DNA from: an uncultured Gammaproteobacteria bacterium
GTDB lineage: Bacteria > Patescibacteriota > Patescibacteriia > UBA1558 > GWA2-36-10
DNA: 64,000 nucleotides
Assembly (NCBI GenBank): GCA_964638415.1
Contig: CAZWYP010000002.1
Location: 97,997-161,996, forward strand
Reading direction: 5' to 3'
The translations under genes and the position numbers were made by a program. The notes beneath the pieces are model-generated. The model made no database searches, was not told where the DNA came from, and worked only from the letters and a program-made list of their open reading frames with translations. Positions 17,821 to 28,637 of this stretch are shown in pieces (the stretch's first letter is position 1; each line of letters opens with the position of its first letter).

Positions 17821-17871
17821 TCGGCGCGCCAGCCGGCAAAAGTGGTACGTCAGCGTACCAAACCTTAACCA

Positions 17872-17909
17872 AGCCCCCTGAAGCTTCACCTTTTGGGGGC
17901 TTCATTTTG
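17872..17909 (+). terminator. Rho-independent terminator upstream of the rpsL promoter.
   Basis: AGCCCCC-tgaagcttcacctttt-GGGGGCTTCATTTT. Confidence 0.6.
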
Positions 17910-18015
17910 CTCTAAGTATTGACTTACTAAATTTAATATGCTACTTTATGGTAGCAATTTAAGGCAAAATTTGCTTTTTTATTTAATTTAAAAATTTACT
18001 AATCGGCACATCAAT

Positions 18016-18435
18016 ATGCCAACAGTCAATCAATTATTAAAAAAACCAAGAAAAACCGTTAAGGTTAAGACTAAAACCCCAGCTTTACGTGTGGTTTTAA
18101 ACAGCTTGAGACGTCGTCGTCATGAGTTGCCTAAAGGCGCTCCGTTTAAGCGTGGTGTTTGCGTCAAGGTTACTACTGTCACTCCTAAGAAGCCTAACTC
18201 CGCTTTGCGTAAAATCGCCCGTGTCCGTTTGTCCAATGGCATGGAAGTTACTGCTTACATTCCCGGCGAAGGCCACAATCTGCAGGAACACAGCATTGTG
18301 CTTATCCGTGGCGGTCGTGTTAAAGACTTGCCTGGCGTGCGTTACCATGTAGTCAGAGGAGTATATGACACTCAAGGAGTACAAAACCGCAAACAGGGAC
18401 GCTCCTTGTATGGTGCTAAAAAAGACAAGAAATAA
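18016..18435 (+). CDS. rpsL: 30S ribosomal protein S12, with an insertion of about 15 aa near the N-terminus.
   Basis: PTVNQL...[22 protein letters not shown]... Confidence 0.95.
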   Translation: MPTVNQLLKKPRKTVKVKTKTPALRVVLNSLRRRRHELPKGAPFKRGVCVKVTTVTPKKPNSALRKIARVRLSNGMEVTAYIPGEGHNLQEHSIVLIRGGRVKDLPGVRYHVVRGVYDTQGVQNRKQGRSLYGAKKDKK

Positions 18436-18444
18436 TTTTAAGCT

Positions 18445-18909
18445 ATGAGAGGAAAACAAGCTCCGAAAAGAGTAATTAAAGCTGATCCAAAGTTCAATCG
18501 TTTGGATATTGCCAAATTTATTAACAAGATCATGAAAGGCGGCAAGAAGACTACTGCTCAAAAAGTAGTTTATGGCGCTTTTGCTTATATCTCCAATAAA
18601 ACCAAGCAGGATCCGCTGGAAATTTATGATGGTGCTATCCGCAATGTTTCTCCAACTTTGGAAGTAAAGGGTAAGAGAATTGGCGGTGCTAATTACCAGG
18701 TGCCGATTGTGGTCAGTGGTGAGCGCCGCTTGATTTTAGCTCATCGCTGGTTAATTGAAGCCGCACAGAATCGCAAGGGAGCAGCTATGGCTACCCGTTT
18801 GGGAGAAGAGCTGATGGCGGCTGCAAAAGGCGAAGGCAATGCCATGAAGAAACGGGAAGATGTGCAGAAGATGGCAGAAGCCAATAAAGCCTTTGCTCAC
18901 TTCGCTTAA
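18445..18909 (+). CDS. rpsG: 30S ribosomal protein S7.
   Basis: Typical S7 sequence. str operon order. Confidence 0.95.
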   Translation: MRGKQAPKRVIKADPKFNRLDIAKFINKIMKGGKKTTAQKVVYGAFAYISNKTKQDPLEIYDGAIRNVSPTLEVKGKRIGGANYQVPIVVSGERRLILAHRWLIEAAQNRKGAAMATRLGEELMAAAKGEGNAMKKREDVQKMAEANKAFAHFA

Positions 18910-18995
18910 TTAAAAATGTTTAATTATTATAAAATGCAGGGCTTTATTATCTAGTCTGCATTTTATTGTTTTAAAAGTTAATATTATATAATTTT

Positions 18996-21092
18996 ATGCC
19001 GCGTAAGCATCCTTTAGAGAAAGTAAGAAACATTGGCATTATTGCCCATATTGATGCCGGTAAGACTACCGTTACCGAGCGTATTTTGTTCTATACCGGT
19101 AAAAAGCACAAAATTGGCGAAGTCCATGAAGGACAGGCTGAAATGGACTGGATGGAACAGGAAAAAGAGCGCGGTATTACTATTACTTCCGCCGCTACTA
19201 CTTGTTTCTGGCCTATTGCTGACTGGTTAGGCGGCGGCGAGGCTAATATTAATATTATTGACACTCCCGGCCACGTTGACTTTACCGTGGAAGTAGAGCG
19301 CTCTTTGCGTGTCTTGGATGGCGGCGTTATTGTCTTTGATGGAGTAGCCGGCGTAGAGCCGCAGTCAGAAACTGTCTGGAGACAGGCAGATAAATACCAT
19401 GTGCCTCGTTTGGCTTTCATCAACAAAATGGACCGCATGGGTGCTGACTTTTACTTTGACCTTAAGACTATCCATGAGCGCTTAACTAAAAACGCTTATC
19501 CGGTACAGCTGCCCATTGGTGCTGCCGAAACCTTTGAAGGAATTATTAACTTATTTGAACGGGAAGCTTGGTATTATCTGGATGCAGAAGGCAAGCAGTA
19601 TGAAAAGCGGGAAATTCCTGCTGATATGAAAGATAAGGTAGAGGAATATCGCGCCAGATTAGTGGAAGCGATTGCGGAAAATGACGAAGCCTTGATGGAT
19701 AAATATCTAAACGGCCAGGAGATTGAAATGAATGAATTAAAGAAGGGTTTGCGTCAGGCCGTAGTGAATAACAAATTGGTGCCGGTTTTTTGCGGTTCCG
19801 CTTTGAAGAATAAAGGCGTGCAGTTTTTGTTGGACGCTATTACTTCCTATTTACCGTCACCATTAGATGTGCCGTCTATGAAAGGCCATGATCCGCGTGA
19901 TGAGGAAAAAATTATTGAAGTCCATGCCAGCGATGATGAACCGTTTGTCGGCTTAGCTTTTAAAGTCGCTACCGATCCTTATGTTGGTAAATTGACTTTT
20001 GTCCGCGTTTATTCCGGTCATTTGGAAGCTGGTTCTTATGTCTATAATGTCAATTCAGAAAATAAAGAGAGAATTGGCAGAATTGTTAGAATGCATGCTA
20101 ATTCTAGAGAAGAGGTGACGGAAGTCTATGCTGGAGATATCATTGCTGTGGTTGGCTTAAAGGCGACTACTACCGGACATACTTTAGCCGCAGAAAACCA
20201 TAAAGTTATCTTGGAAAGCATGGACTTTCCTGATCCGGTTATCCATGTGGCAGTGGAGCCTAAGACTAAGGCTGACCAGGAAAAGATGGGCATGGCTTTA
20301 GCTAAGCTTACCGAAGAAGATCCTACCTTTACTGTCAGAACCGATGAAGAAACCAACCAAACAATTATTGGCGGTATGGGAGAATTGCACTTGGAAATCA
20401 TTGTGGATCGTATGAAGAGAGAGTTTTCTGTAGAAGCCAATGTTGGTGCTCCCCAGGTGGCTTACAAGGAAACCATTACTGCTGGTGCTGAAGGTGAAGG
20501 TAAATACATCAAGCAATCTGGCGGCCGCGGTCAATATGGACATTGCTGGTTGCGCTTGGCTCCTAAGGAAAGAGGAACTGGCTTTGAATTCGTGGATGAA
20601 ATTAAGGGTGGTGCTATTCCTAAGGAATATGTGCCGGCTATTGAAAAAGGTATTAAAGAAACCATGGATAATGGTATTTTAGCTGGTTTCAAGATTGAAG
20701 ATATTGAAGCTACTGTCTATGATGGTACTTACCATGATGTTGACTCTTCCGAAGCAGCCTTCAAGATGGCTGGTTCTATGGCCTTTAAAGAAGCTTTCAA
20801 TAAAGCTAAACCGGTTATTTTAGAGCCGATCATGAAAGTGGAAGTAGTGACTCCAGAACAGTATATGGGTGATGTAATTGGCGACCTGAATTCTAAGAGA
20901 GGACAGATTAATGAAATGACCGATAGAGCTGGTGCTAAAGTTATTCATGCTGATGTGCCTTTGTCTGAAATGTTTGGTTATGCTACTGGTTTGCGCAGTA
21001 TGACTCAGGGCAGAGCCAGCTACAGCATGGAGTTTAACCGTTACCAGGAAGCTCCTAAGAATATTGCTGAAGGTATAATTAAGAAGAAATAG
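18996..21092 (+). CDS. fusA: Elongation factor G.
   Basis: [17 protein letters not shown] and NKMD GTPase motifs. 698 aa. Confidence 0.97.
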   Translation: MPRKHPLEKVRNIGIIAHIDAGKTTVTERILFYTGKKHKIGEVHEGQAEMDWMEQEKERGITITSAATTCFWPIADWLGGGEANINIIDTPGHVDFTVEVERSLRVLDGGVIVFDGVAGVEPQSETVWRQADKYHVPRLAFINKMDRMGADFYFDLKTIHERLTKNAYPVQLPIGAAETFEGIINLFEREAWYYLDAEGKQYEKREIPADMKDKVEEYRARLVEAIAENDEALMDKYLNGQEIEMNELKKGLRQAVVNNKLVPVFCGSALKNKGVQFLLDAITSYLPSPLDVPSMKGHDPRDEEKIIEVHASDDEPFVGLAFKVATDPYVGKLTFVRVYSGHLEAGSYVYNVNSENKERIGRIVRMHANSREEVTEVYAGDIIAVVGLKATTTGHTLAAENHKVILESMDFPDPVIHVAVEPKTKADQEKMGMALAKLTEEDPTFTVRTDEETNQTIIGGMGELHLEIIVDRMKREFSVEANVGAPQVAYKETITAGAEGEGKYIKQSGGRGQYGHCWLRLAPKERGTGFEFVDEIKGGAIPKEYVPAIEKGIKETMDNGILAGFKIEDIEATVYDGTYHDVDSSEAAFKMAGSMAFKEAFNKAKPVILEPIMKVEVVTPEQYMGDVIGDLNSKRGQINEMTDRAGAKVIHADVPLSEMFGYATGLRSMTQGRASYSMEFNRYQEAPKNIAEGIIKKK

Positions 21093-21183
21093 TTAATTAA
21101 AGCCGCTCCTTTGTTGGGAGCGGTTTTTTATTTGACAAAAACCCATATTTTCCATAAGATACCGGTGCATAAAGCTATATTTT

Positions 21184-21552
21184 ATGGCCAAATTTAAAGA
21201 TATAGATAAAGTTTTGGAGCTAGTTGCCAAAACCGGGGATAAGGTAATTATTATGTCGGAAACTCAGGAACCAATGGTAATTATGGGTTTTCGGGATTAT
21301 GATCACTTATTAATCTCCGCCGCTGGCGTCAATCATCTGACCGAAGCTCAGTTGATGGACAAAATTAACCGAGATATTGCTATCTGGAAGGCAGCTCAGC
21401 CTGATGCCAATTATAACTTAGATGAATTCCGAGTAGATGAATTGGCTAAAAAGTGGGTAGATTCGCCCAAAACAGAGCCAAAAGTTGAGGAAAATACTAC
21501 TGATTTACCAGCAGAAGAGGAAGATAAGTACTATATTGAGCCAGTAGATTAA
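21184..21552 (+). CDS. Hypothetical protein inserted between fusA and tuf. The N-terminal part weakly resembles the Phd/YefM antitoxin fold.
   Basis: Segment VIIMSETQEPMVIMGFRDYDHLL is like the YefM pattern [22 protein letters not shown]. Acidic C-terminal tail. Confidence 0.35.
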   Translation: MAKFKDIDKVLELVAKTGDKVIIMSETQEPMVIMGFRDYDHLLISAAGVNHLTEAQLMDKINRDIAIWKAAQPDANYNLDEFRVDELAKKWVDSPKTEPKVEENTTDLPAEEEDKYYIEPVD

Positions 21553-21626
21553 AGTGGCTTAAAAAGTAATATTTTGGCTAAAATTAGCATAAAATTGCCA
21601 AAGCAAGGCAAGGGTCTTTAATGGTC

Positions 21627-21655
21627 TTGCCAAAAATAAATTTGTTTGCTATAAT
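21627..21655 (+). promoter_or_regulatory. Sigma70-like promoter upstream of tuf (TTGCCA-17-TATAAT).
   Basis: cttgccaaaaataaatttgtttgctataatc. Confidence 0.5.
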
Positions 21656-21768
21656 CTTTGTGTTTTATAAAAACAATTAATTAACCAAATAATTTAATTT
21701 AAAAGATAGCTGGGTAACAAAAATCCTTTGCTTTTAAAGGGTTGCTATCACGAGGAGAAAATATAAAA

Positions 21769-22956
21769 ATGGCAGAAGCATTCAATCGATCAAAACCACA
21801 CGTAAACATTGGTACGATCGGACACGTCGATCACGGTAAAACTACCTTGACCGCTGCTATCCTTAAGGTTTTAAGGGCTCATGGTGGCGTTGCTCAGGAT
21901 AAAAATGTTGACCAGATTGATGGAGCTCCTGAAGAAAGAGAGCGCGGTATTACTATCGCGACTGCTCATGTGGAGTATGAAACAGAAAAGCGTCACTATG
22001 CTCACGTTGACTGTCCCGGTCACGCTGACTATGTGAAGAACATGATTACCGGTGCTGCTCAGATGGACGGTGCGATTTTGGTCGTGTCTGCTGCTGACGG
22101 TCCGATGCCACAGACTCGCGAGCACATTTTATTAGCTCGTCAGGTCGGTGTGCCTTATATCGTTGTTTTCTTAAATAAAGTTGATCAGGTAGATGATCCG
22201 GAATTAGTTGATTTAGTTGAGGAAGAAATTCGCGACTTATTGAAGAAATATGAATTCCCTGGTGATCAGACCCCGATTATCCGCGGTTCTGCCTTAAAAG
22301 CCTTGGAAGATCCTTCTGGTGAAGCTTCCAAAGCAGTGATGGAATTATTGGCTAAGGTTGATGAATACATCCCAGAGCCAGTTCGCGATATTGACCATCC
22401 ATTCTTGATGCCAATTGAAGATATCTTCTCCATTGAAGGTCGTGGTACTGTTATTACCGGACGTATTGAGCGCGGTATCGTTAAATTGAATGAAGAAGTG
22501 GAATTAGTCGGTTTGAAGCCAACTGCTAAAACTACCATTACTGGTATTGAAATGTTTAACAAGCAGTTAGACGAAGGCCGGGCTGGCGATAACGCTGGTT
22601 TACTGTTGCGTGGTACCAAGAAAGAAGAAGTAGAGCGCGGTCAGGTAGTTGCCAAGCCAGGCACTATTACTCCTCACACTGAGTTTGAAGCGGAAGTTTA
22701 CGTTTTAAGCAAGGATGAAGGCGGACGCCATACTCCATTCTTCAAGGGTTACAAGCCCCAGTTCTATATCCGGACTACTGATGTGACCGGTGAAGTTACT
22801 TTGCCGGAAGGCACTGAAATGGTTATGCCGGGAGATACCACCAGATTGGTAATTAAATTAATTGCTCCAGTTGCTTTGGAAGAGAAGTCTCGCTTTGCTA
22901 TTCGCGAAGGTGGACGCACTGTCGCTTCTGGCGTAGTTACCAAAATTCTTAAATAA
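21769..22956 (+). CDS. tuf: Elongation factor Tu.
   Basis: [18 protein letters not shown] and NKVD motifs. AGGAG RBS. The ORF-track start at 21742 is an upstream TTG. The ATG at 21769 matches the canonical N-terminus. Confidence 0.97.
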   Translation: MAEAFNRSKPHVNIGTIGHVDHGKTTLTAAILKVLRAHGGVAQDKNVDQIDGAPEERERGITIATAHVEYETEKRHYAHVDCPGHADYVKNMITGAAQMDGAILVVSAADGPMPQTREHILLARQVGVPYIVVFLNKVDQVDDPELVDLVEEEIRDLLKKYEFPGDQTPIIRGSALKALEDPSGEASKAVMELLAKVDEYIPEPVRDIDHPFLMPIEDIFSIEGRGTVITGRIERGIVKLNEEVELVGLKPTAKTTITGIEMFNKQLDEGRAGDNAGLLLRGTKKEEVERGQVVAKPGTITPHTEFEAEVYVLSKDEGGRHTPFFKGYKPQFYIRTTDVTGEVTLPEGTEMVMPGDTTRLVIKLIAPVALEEKSRFAIREGGRTVASGVVTKILK

Positions 22957-23037
22957 ATTATTTAGCTCCACTCTGACTTCAATCAGGGTGGAGCTGAATA
23001 TTGAAATTAATTAGTAATTTAACATAGTACCTTATCC

Positions 23038-23361
23038 ATGAAGGCCAAAGAAGAAACTCAGTCAAGAATTCGTATTAAGATCCGAGCCTATGACCACAAG
23101 ATCATTGATCAGTCTACCAAGACGATCATTGAGACGGTTGAACGCAGCGGCGCCAAAGTAGTCGGTCCGATTCCTTTGCCCACCGAAAAGAAGAAATTCA
23201 CGGTTTTACGCTCAACTTTTGTTCATAAAAATTCCCGGGATCAGTATGAAATGAGAACCCACAAGCGAATGTTGGACATTATTAATCCAACTCCGCAAAC
23301 CGTGGATTCTTTGATGAATTTAAGTTTGCCAGCCGGCGTGGATATTGAAATTAAAATGTAA
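23038..23361 (+). CDS. rpsJ: 30S ribosomal protein S10.
   Basis: Typical S10 sequence. Confidence 0.95.
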   Translation: MKAKEETQSRIRIKIRAYDHKIIDQSTKTIIETVERSGAKVVGPIPLPTEKKKFTVLRSTFVHKNSRDQYEMRTHKRMLDIINPTPQTVDSLMNLSLPAGVDIEIKM

Positions 23362-23476
23362 ATTAGAGGTTGATCGATTCGCATAACCCCCAGGGAAGTG
23401 TGTGGAAAGATTAATGCTTTATTAAGGATAAATCAGCAAGATAATTTTTTTCAAAATTAAGATCAAATTTCTAAAG

Positions 23477-23529
23477 ATCGTGATTTTGTCCTTAAAAAGT
23501 ATTTTTGAGTATAGAATCACGATTTTTAT
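23477..23529 (+). promoter_or_regulatory. 9-bp stem hairpin plus T-run in the unusual 180-nt rpsJ-rplC spacer. Attenuator or terminator-like.
   Basis: ATCGTGATT-28 nt loop-AATCACGATTTTT. Confidence 0.4.
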
Positions 23530-23542
23530 TTAACTTAAGACC

Positions 23543-24259
23543 ATGGCCAAGTTTATTTTAGGAAAAAAGATAGAAATGACCCAGAAGTTCTTGGAAGACG
23601 GAACAGTGGTGCCAGTAACGGTGGTTAAAGCCGGTCCCTGCACTATTACACAGGTCAAAAAAGACAGTCCTGACGGTTATACCGCCTTGCAGGTTGGTTT
23701 TGCTAAAACCAAGAAATTAACCAAGAGTTTAGCCGGCCATTTGCAGGGTTTGGACAATTTCCGCTATTTGCAGGAATTTAGAATGGATAAAGTGGACGGT
23801 TTTAAACGAGGTAAGGTTTTTGATGTCACCAGTTTTACCCCTGGAGATATGCTGTCGGTAACCGCTACTTCCAAAGGTAAGGGTTTTCAGGGTGTAGTTA
23901 GACGCCATGGTTTTGCCGGTTCACCAGCTACCCATGGTCATAAAGATCAGTTGCGTATGCCTGGTTCTATTGGTTCTACTGGACCACAGCGCGTATTTAA
24001 AGGTACTCGCATGGGTGGCCATATGGGAGATGAAACTGTAACAGTTCATAATTTAGAGTTAATTGAAGTTGATGCTGCTAATAATTTGTTGTACATCAAA
24101 GGAGCAGTGCCAGGAGCTAGAAATACTTTGGTCACGGTTGCCGCTGACGGTGAATTGAAATTATTAGAAGCTAAGGCTGAAGCCAAGCCAATAGAAACTA
24201 AGATCGAAGATGCTCCAGAAGCTGAAGCTAAGGCAGAGGATCAAGTTAAACAAGAGTAA
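23543..24259 (+). CDS. rplC: 50S ribosomal protein L3, with an acidic/Lys-rich C-terminal extension.
   Basis: L3 core sequence. Operon position. Confidence 0.93.
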   Translation: MAKFILGKKIEMTQKFLEDGTVVPVTVVKAGPCTITQVKKDSPDGYTALQVGFAKTKKLTKSLAGHLQGLDNFRYLQEFRMDKVDGFKRGKVFDVTSFTPGDMLSVTATSKGKGFQGVVRRHGFAGSPATHGHKDQLRMPGSIGSTGPQRVFKGTRMGGHMGDETVTVHNLELIEVDAANNLLYIKGAVPGARNTLVTVAADGELKLLEAKAEAKPIETKIEDAPEAEAKAEDQVKQE

Positions 24260-24261
24260 TT

Positions 24262-24897
24262 ATGTCAGACAGAAAAGTAAAATTATATAGTTTTGACGGC
24301 AAGGAAATCGGCGAAGAAAAATTAGACGCTGATTTGTTTGGCGTTAAAGTTGATCCCCGTGTTATTTACGAAGTAGCCATTGCTCAGCGCCATAATTCTC
24401 GTGAAGTATTAGCGCATGCCAAGGGCCGCAGTGAAGTGCGCGGTGGTGGCCGCAAGCCTTGGAAACAAAAAGGCACTGGCCAGGCTCGCCATGGCTCTAT
24501 CCGTTCTCCATTGTGGGTCGGTGGTGGTATTACTTTTGGTCCGACTCGCGAAAGGAATTTTTCCGTCAAGGTCAATAAGAAATTGAAAGTTAAAGCTTTG
24601 ACTATGGTCTTGAGCGATCGGGTAGCGGAAAATAAATTGGTCTTAGTTGATGGATATAATCTGCCGGAAGCTAAAACCAAAGCTTTGAACAAGTTTTTGA
24701 GCAAATTGCCAGGTTATGGCAAGAAGATGATGATTGTCACCAAGAGCGCCAAAGATAGCCTGGTATTGGCTAGCCGTAATTTGCCGAAAGTGGCTACTAT
24801 TAACTACGCTAGTTTGAATGTTTTGGATTTATTGAAATACGAATATTTGCTGTTAAACAAAGAGTTAATTGAAAAGATCAAGCAACATTATTTATAA
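24262..24897 (+). CDS. rplD: 50S ribosomal protein L4.
   Basis: L4 core. Operon position. Confidence 0.93.
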   Translation: MSDRKVKLYSFDGKEIGEEKLDADLFGVKVDPRVIYEVAIAQRHNSREVLAHAKGRSEVRGGGRKPWKQKGTGQARHGSIRSPLWVGGGITFGPTRERNFSVKVNKKLKVKALTMVLSDRVAENKLVLVDGYNLPEAKTKALNKFLSKLPGYGKKMMIVTKSAKDSLVLASRNLPKVATINYASLNVLDLLKYEYLLLNKELIEKIKQHYL

Positions 24898-24901
24898 AAT
24901 T

Positions 24902-25297
24902 ATGAAATTATTTGGTCGAAAAACTAAAGAAGGTAAGGATGCTAAAACAGTAGCTCCAGTTAAAGCTGTTAGTAAATCAGCAGAAACCAAACCGGTTGTT
25001 GTTAATTTATCTATGGGCAGCCATCGCATTTTAATTAAGCCCTTAGTGTCAGAAAAGGCTACCATGGCTAATGCTTTGAATAAGTATGTTTTTGTCGTCA
25101 GCCGTTCTGCTAATAAGGTGGAAATTAAAAAAGCGGTTAAAGAGATTTATGGTGTCATGCCTCAGGCAGTTAATATCATTAATAAAATGGGCAAGTACAC
25201 TTTTTTGCGCGGCCGTTTAGGCAAAACCAAAGATTTTAAAAAAGCTATTGTTACTTTGAAAAAAGGCGATAGCATTAAGATTTACGAAGGTATTTAA
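24902..25297 (+). CDS. rplW: 50S ribosomal protein L23, with an N-terminal extension of about 35 aa.
   Basis: ILIKPLVSEKAT L23 core. The ATG at 24902 is 4 nt after the rplD stop. The ORF-track alternative start at 24869 overlaps rplD. Confidence 0.85.
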   Translation: MKLFGRKTKEGKDAKTVAPVKAVSKSAETKPVVVNLSMGSHRILIKPLVSEKATMANALNKYVFVVSRSANKVEIKKAVKEIYGVMPQAVNIINKMGKYTFLRGRLGKTKDFKKAIVTLKKGDSIKIYEGI

Positions 25298-25303
25298 ACC
25301 ACT

Positions 25304-26143
25304 ATGGCTATTAAACTTTACAAACCAACTACTCCTTCCCGACGCCGCACCAGCGTTTTGGTTAATCGGAATTTGAGTAAGCAAAGACCTCATAAATCTT
25401 TGTTAGTGATCAAAAAGAAGAATGCTGGCAGAAACAATCAGGGTAAGATTACTGTTCGCCATCAAGGCGGCGGTGTTAAACGATATATCCGTTTGGTAGA
25501 TTTTATCCGCAATAAATTTGACGTGCCAGCCAAGGTAGAGAGATTAGAATATGATCCGAATCGTAATTCCAATGTCGCTTTATTGCTTTACGCTGATGGC
25601 GAAAGACGCTATATTGTGGCGCCGGAAGAATTAAAGGTTGGTGATCAGGTTTTATCTTCAACCAAGAAAGTTCCAGTTAAGCCAGGTAATCATACTTCTT
25701 TAAAGAATATTCCGGTTAGTACCATGGTGTATAATGTGGAATTGCAGCCTGGCAAGGGCGGCCAATTGGCTCGCGCTGCCGGCAACGGCATTATCTTGAT
25801 GGGCTTAGATAACGGCATGGCACAGTTAAAGATGCCTAGCGGTGAAGTTCGCTTGGTGGCTGAAAATTGCATGGCTACTATTGGCATGCCTAGTAATGCT
25901 GAATACCGCAATATCCGTTGGGGAAGCGCTGGACGTATGCGCCATCGTGGTATTAGACCGACAGTTAGAGGTAAGGTAATGAATCCAGTGGATCACCCGC
26001 ATGGCGGTGGTGAAGGTTCAAATCCAATCGGTTTGAAGCATCCCAAGACTTATACTGGTAAACGCGCTTACGGTGTTAAAACTCGTAAAGGCAATAAGCC
26101 GTCAGATAAGTTTATTATTAAGCGTCGTAAGATTAGAAGCTAA
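25304..26143 (+). CDS. rplB: 50S ribosomal protein L2.
   Basis: Typical L2 sequence including GGGEG. Confidence 0.97.
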   Translation: MAIKLYKPTTPSRRRTSVLVNRNLSKQRPHKSLLVIKKKNAGRNNQGKITVRHQGGGVKRYIRLVDFIRNKFDVPAKVERLEYDPNRNSNVALLLYADGERRYIVAPEELKVGDQVLSSTKKVPVKPGNHTSLKNIPVSTMVYNVELQPGKGGQLARAAGNGIILMGLDNGMAQLKMPSGEVRLVAENCMATIGMPSNAEYRNIRWGSAGRMRHRGIRPTVRGKVMNPVDHPHGGGEGSNPIGLKHPKTYTGKRAYGVKTRKGNKPSDKFIIKRRKIRS

Positions 26144-26148
26144 AATAT

Positions 26149-26436
26149 ATGTCAAGAAGTTTAAAAAAAGGTCCTTATACCGATCCTAAATTATTGAAGA
26201 AGGTAATGAATCTGAAGCCGGAAGATCGCCGGGTAATTAAAACCTGGTCACGCTCTTCAGTGATTACCCCGGCTATGGTTGGCTATACTTTTGGCGTGCA
26301 TAACGGCAAGGCCCATACTCCGGTTTATGTGGTGGAAAACATGGTTGGCCATCGTTTAGGAGAATTTGCACCAACCCGTAAATTCGTTGCCCATGGCGGT
26401 AAGATGGCCAAGGGTCAGAAGGAAGAAGGAAAATAA
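26149..26436 (+). CDS. rpsS: 30S ribosomal protein S19.
   Basis: S19 sequence. Confidence 0.95.
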   Translation: MSRSLKKGPYTDPKLLKKVMNLKPEDRRVIKTWSRSSVITPAMVGYTFGVHNGKAHTPVYVVENMVGHRLGEFAPTRKFVAHGGKMAKGQKEEGK

Positions 26437-26458
26437 ACAAGAAGAGTAAGTAAATTAT

Positions 26459-26983
26459 ATGATTGAAACTAGAGCAAAATTAACCAATGTCAAAGTTTCG
26501 CCTAAGAAAGCGAGATTAATTGCTGATGCTGTGCGCGGCCTAACGGTGGCGGAGGCTTTGGTTCGTTTGCCAGTGATGTATAAAACCACTGCTCCGCTTA
26601 TGCTGAAGCTAATCAAGTCAGCGGCCGCTAATGCTTATGATCAGTATGAAGTAGCGATTGATGATTTGGTTATTAAAAGCGTTATTGTCAACAAAGGCTT
26701 GGATTTGAAGCGCTGGCAGCCAGCTGCCTTTGGTCGCGCTCATCCTTTCAAGCGCCATTTTTCCCATATTGAAGTAGTTTTAGCAGCTAAAGAAGGCGTT
26801 AAAGCCGTTAAAAAGGAGAAAATCAAGGAAGTGGAAACTGTAAAATTGAGTGAAGTAGCTGATGCTGCCAAAAAAGACAAAACTGACAAGAAATCAGACA
26901 AAAAAGCTGACAGTAAAGCTTCTTTGAAATCTACCGCCAACAGACAGGCAACACGCATAGATAAACATACGACTAATAAATAA
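26459..26983 (+). CDS. rplV: 50S ribosomal protein L22, with a Lys-rich C-terminal extension.
   Basis: L22 core. Operon position. Confidence 0.9.
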   Translation: MIETRAKLTNVKVSPKKARLIADAVRGLTVAEALVRLPVMYKTTAPLMLKLIKSAAANAYDQYEVAIDDLVIKSVIVNKGLDLKRWQPAAFGRAHPFKRHFSHIEVVLAAKEGVKAVKKEKIKEVETVKLSEVADAAKKDKTDKKSDKKADSKASLKSTANRQATRIDKHTTNK

Positions 26984-26986
26984 ATT

Positions 26987-27721
26987 ATGGGACGAAAGAT
27001 CAATCCAAAATTATTCAGATTAGGCTTGAGCGAAAGCTGGAATTCCCGCTGGTATGCCAGCAAGGATTATGTTGATTTTCTGCGATCAGATGTTACTATC
27101 CGGAATTTCTTGAAGAAGAAATTAAAAGAAGCCAGCTTGGAAAGCATTAATATTGAGCGTAATCGCGGAGAAATTGTCATTAATATTACCGCTGCCAAAC
27201 CGGGTATTATCATCGGCCGCGGCGGCGCTGGTATTGAAGATTTAAAGAAAGAGATTATCCGTAAATTCTTAGGCACTGGCACCAAAATCCAGGTCAATGT
27301 AACGGAAGTTGCCAAGCCTAATTTATCTGCTCCGGTTATTGTTCAGGCGATTATTGAAGATATTGAGAAGCGTATTCCTTTCCGCCGGGTTATGAAACAG
27401 AATATTGAAAAAGTAATGAAAGCAGGCGCTCAGGGTGTAAAGATAATTATTGGTGGACGCTTAAATGGCGTAGACATTGCCCGCACTGAGAAATTAGTCA
27501 AAGGTAAAATTCCCGTTGGTACTCTGCGTTCGGATATCAGCTACAGCCGGGGAGCTGCTCATACCACTTATGGCGTGATCGGCATCAAGGTCTGGATTTA
27601 CAAAGGAGAGTATTTCGGCAATGTTAATAAGAAAAAGACTGAAAAGAAAGCCGAAGTGAAATCAGTTAAATTATTCGGCAAAGAAAGACCGACTATTCAA
27701 AAAATTGAAAAGAGTAAATAA
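26987..27721 (+). CDS. rpsC: 30S ribosomal protein S3.
   Basis: KH-domain S3 sequence. Confidence 0.95.
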   Translation: MGRKINPKLFRLGLSESWNSRWYASKDYVDFLRSDVTIRNFLKKKLKEASLESINIERNRGEIVINITAAKPGIIIGRGGAGIEDLKKEIIRKFLGTGTKIQVNVTEVAKPNLSAPVIVQAIIEDIEKRIPFRRVMKQNIEKVMKAGAQGVKIIIGGRLNGVDIARTEKLVKGKIPVGTLRSDISYSRGAAHTTYGVIGIKVWIYKGEYFGNVNKKKTEKKAEVKSVKLFGKERPTIQKIEKSK

Positions 27722-27726
27722 ATAAT

Positions 27727-28143
27727 ATGTTATCACCAAAAAAAGTAAAACATAAAAAGTGGCAGCGCGGCGATAAGATCAGAGGCAAAGCCACCAGAAT
27801 GACCAAGCTAAGCTTTGGTGATTATGGTTTGAAGAGTTTGCAGGCTGGTTGGATTAGTTCCCGTCAGATTGAAGCTGCTCGCCGAGCGATTACCGGTCAT
27901 GTCCAGCGTGGTGCCCAGGTCTTTATCCGCATTTTCCCTGACAAGCCAATTACCGCTAAAGGCAGTGAAATGCCAATGGGTAAAGGTAAGGGTGCGGTAG
28001 ATCATTATGTGGCAGTAGTTAAACCGGGCACGATTATGTTTGAAATTAATGGTGCTGATGAAGCGACAGCTAAGCGCTCTTTGCAGTTAGCTGCTTACAA
28101 ATTATCAGTTAAAAGCAAGATTGTTAGTAAAGAGTTAGTATAA
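27727..28143 (+). CDS. rplP: 50S ribosomal protein L16.
   Basis: L16 sequence. Confidence 0.95.
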   Translation: MLSPKKVKHKKWQRGDKIRGKATRMTKLSFGDYGLKSLQAGWISSRQIEAARRAITGHVQRGAQVFIRIFPDKPITAKGSEMPMGKGKGAVDHYVAVVKPGTIMFEINGADEATAKRSLQLAAYKLSVKSKIVSKELV

Positions 28144-28147
28144 AATT

Positions 28148-28345
28148 ATGAAAGCTAGTGAATTAAGAAATATGGCAGCAGAAGATCTGCGGAAGAAGTT
28201 AGCTGAATTACGCAAGAAAGTTCAGGAGTTTAATTTTAGCATTGCCAACAATCAATTAGCTAAGGTACGGGAAGTGCGTCAGGCCAAGAAAGATATTGCC
28301 CGTATTTTAACCATTTTAAATTCAGGTAAAGATCAGAATAAATAA
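28148..28345 (+). CDS. rpmC: 50S ribosomal protein L29.
   Basis: Size and position. Confidence 0.9.
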   Translation: MKASELRNMAAEDLRKKLAELRKKVQEFNFSIANNQLAKVREVRQAKKDIARILTILNSGKDQNK

Positions 28346-28350
28346 TTTTT

Positions 28351-28611
28351 ATGAATCAGACAGCAATTAAAAGAAAATTAGAAGGTGAAGTCGTCAGTGA
28401 TAAAATGGATAAGACGGTGGTGGTTAAAGTTACCACGATCAAGACTCACCCTAAGTATAAAAAACAGTACAAAGTCAGCAAGAAGTACAAGGCTCATGAT
28501 GAAAAGAATGAGTATAAAGCTGGAGATAAAGTAGTAATTGCCGCTTCCCGCCCGATTTCCAAAGACAAACGCTGGTATGTAGTTAAGAAAGTAGCGGTTA
28601 TTACCCAGTAA
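28351..28611 (+). CDS. rpsQ: 30S ribosomal protein S17.
   Basis: Size and position. Confidence 0.9.
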   Translation: MNQTAIKRKLEGEVVSDKMDKTVVVKVTTIKTHPKYKKQYKVSKKYKAHDEKNEYKAGDKVVIAASRPISKDKRWYVVKKVAVITQ

Positions 28612-28637
28612 TTCATTAGCAGAATAATCAAATCAAT

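Noticed and set aside
17656-17889. 77-aa minus-strand Arg/Gly/Leu-rich ORF overlapping the GC-rich sORF region.
   Set aside because: Composition is an artefact of the local GC-rich sequence. It overlaps the promoter, sORF and terminator elements on the plus strand. No RBS.
19091-20682. Several short ORFs on both strands inside fusA (19033-19230, 19091-19438, 20126-20440, 20298-20543, 20440-20682).
   Set aside because: All are internal to, or antisense of, EF-G. Spurious.
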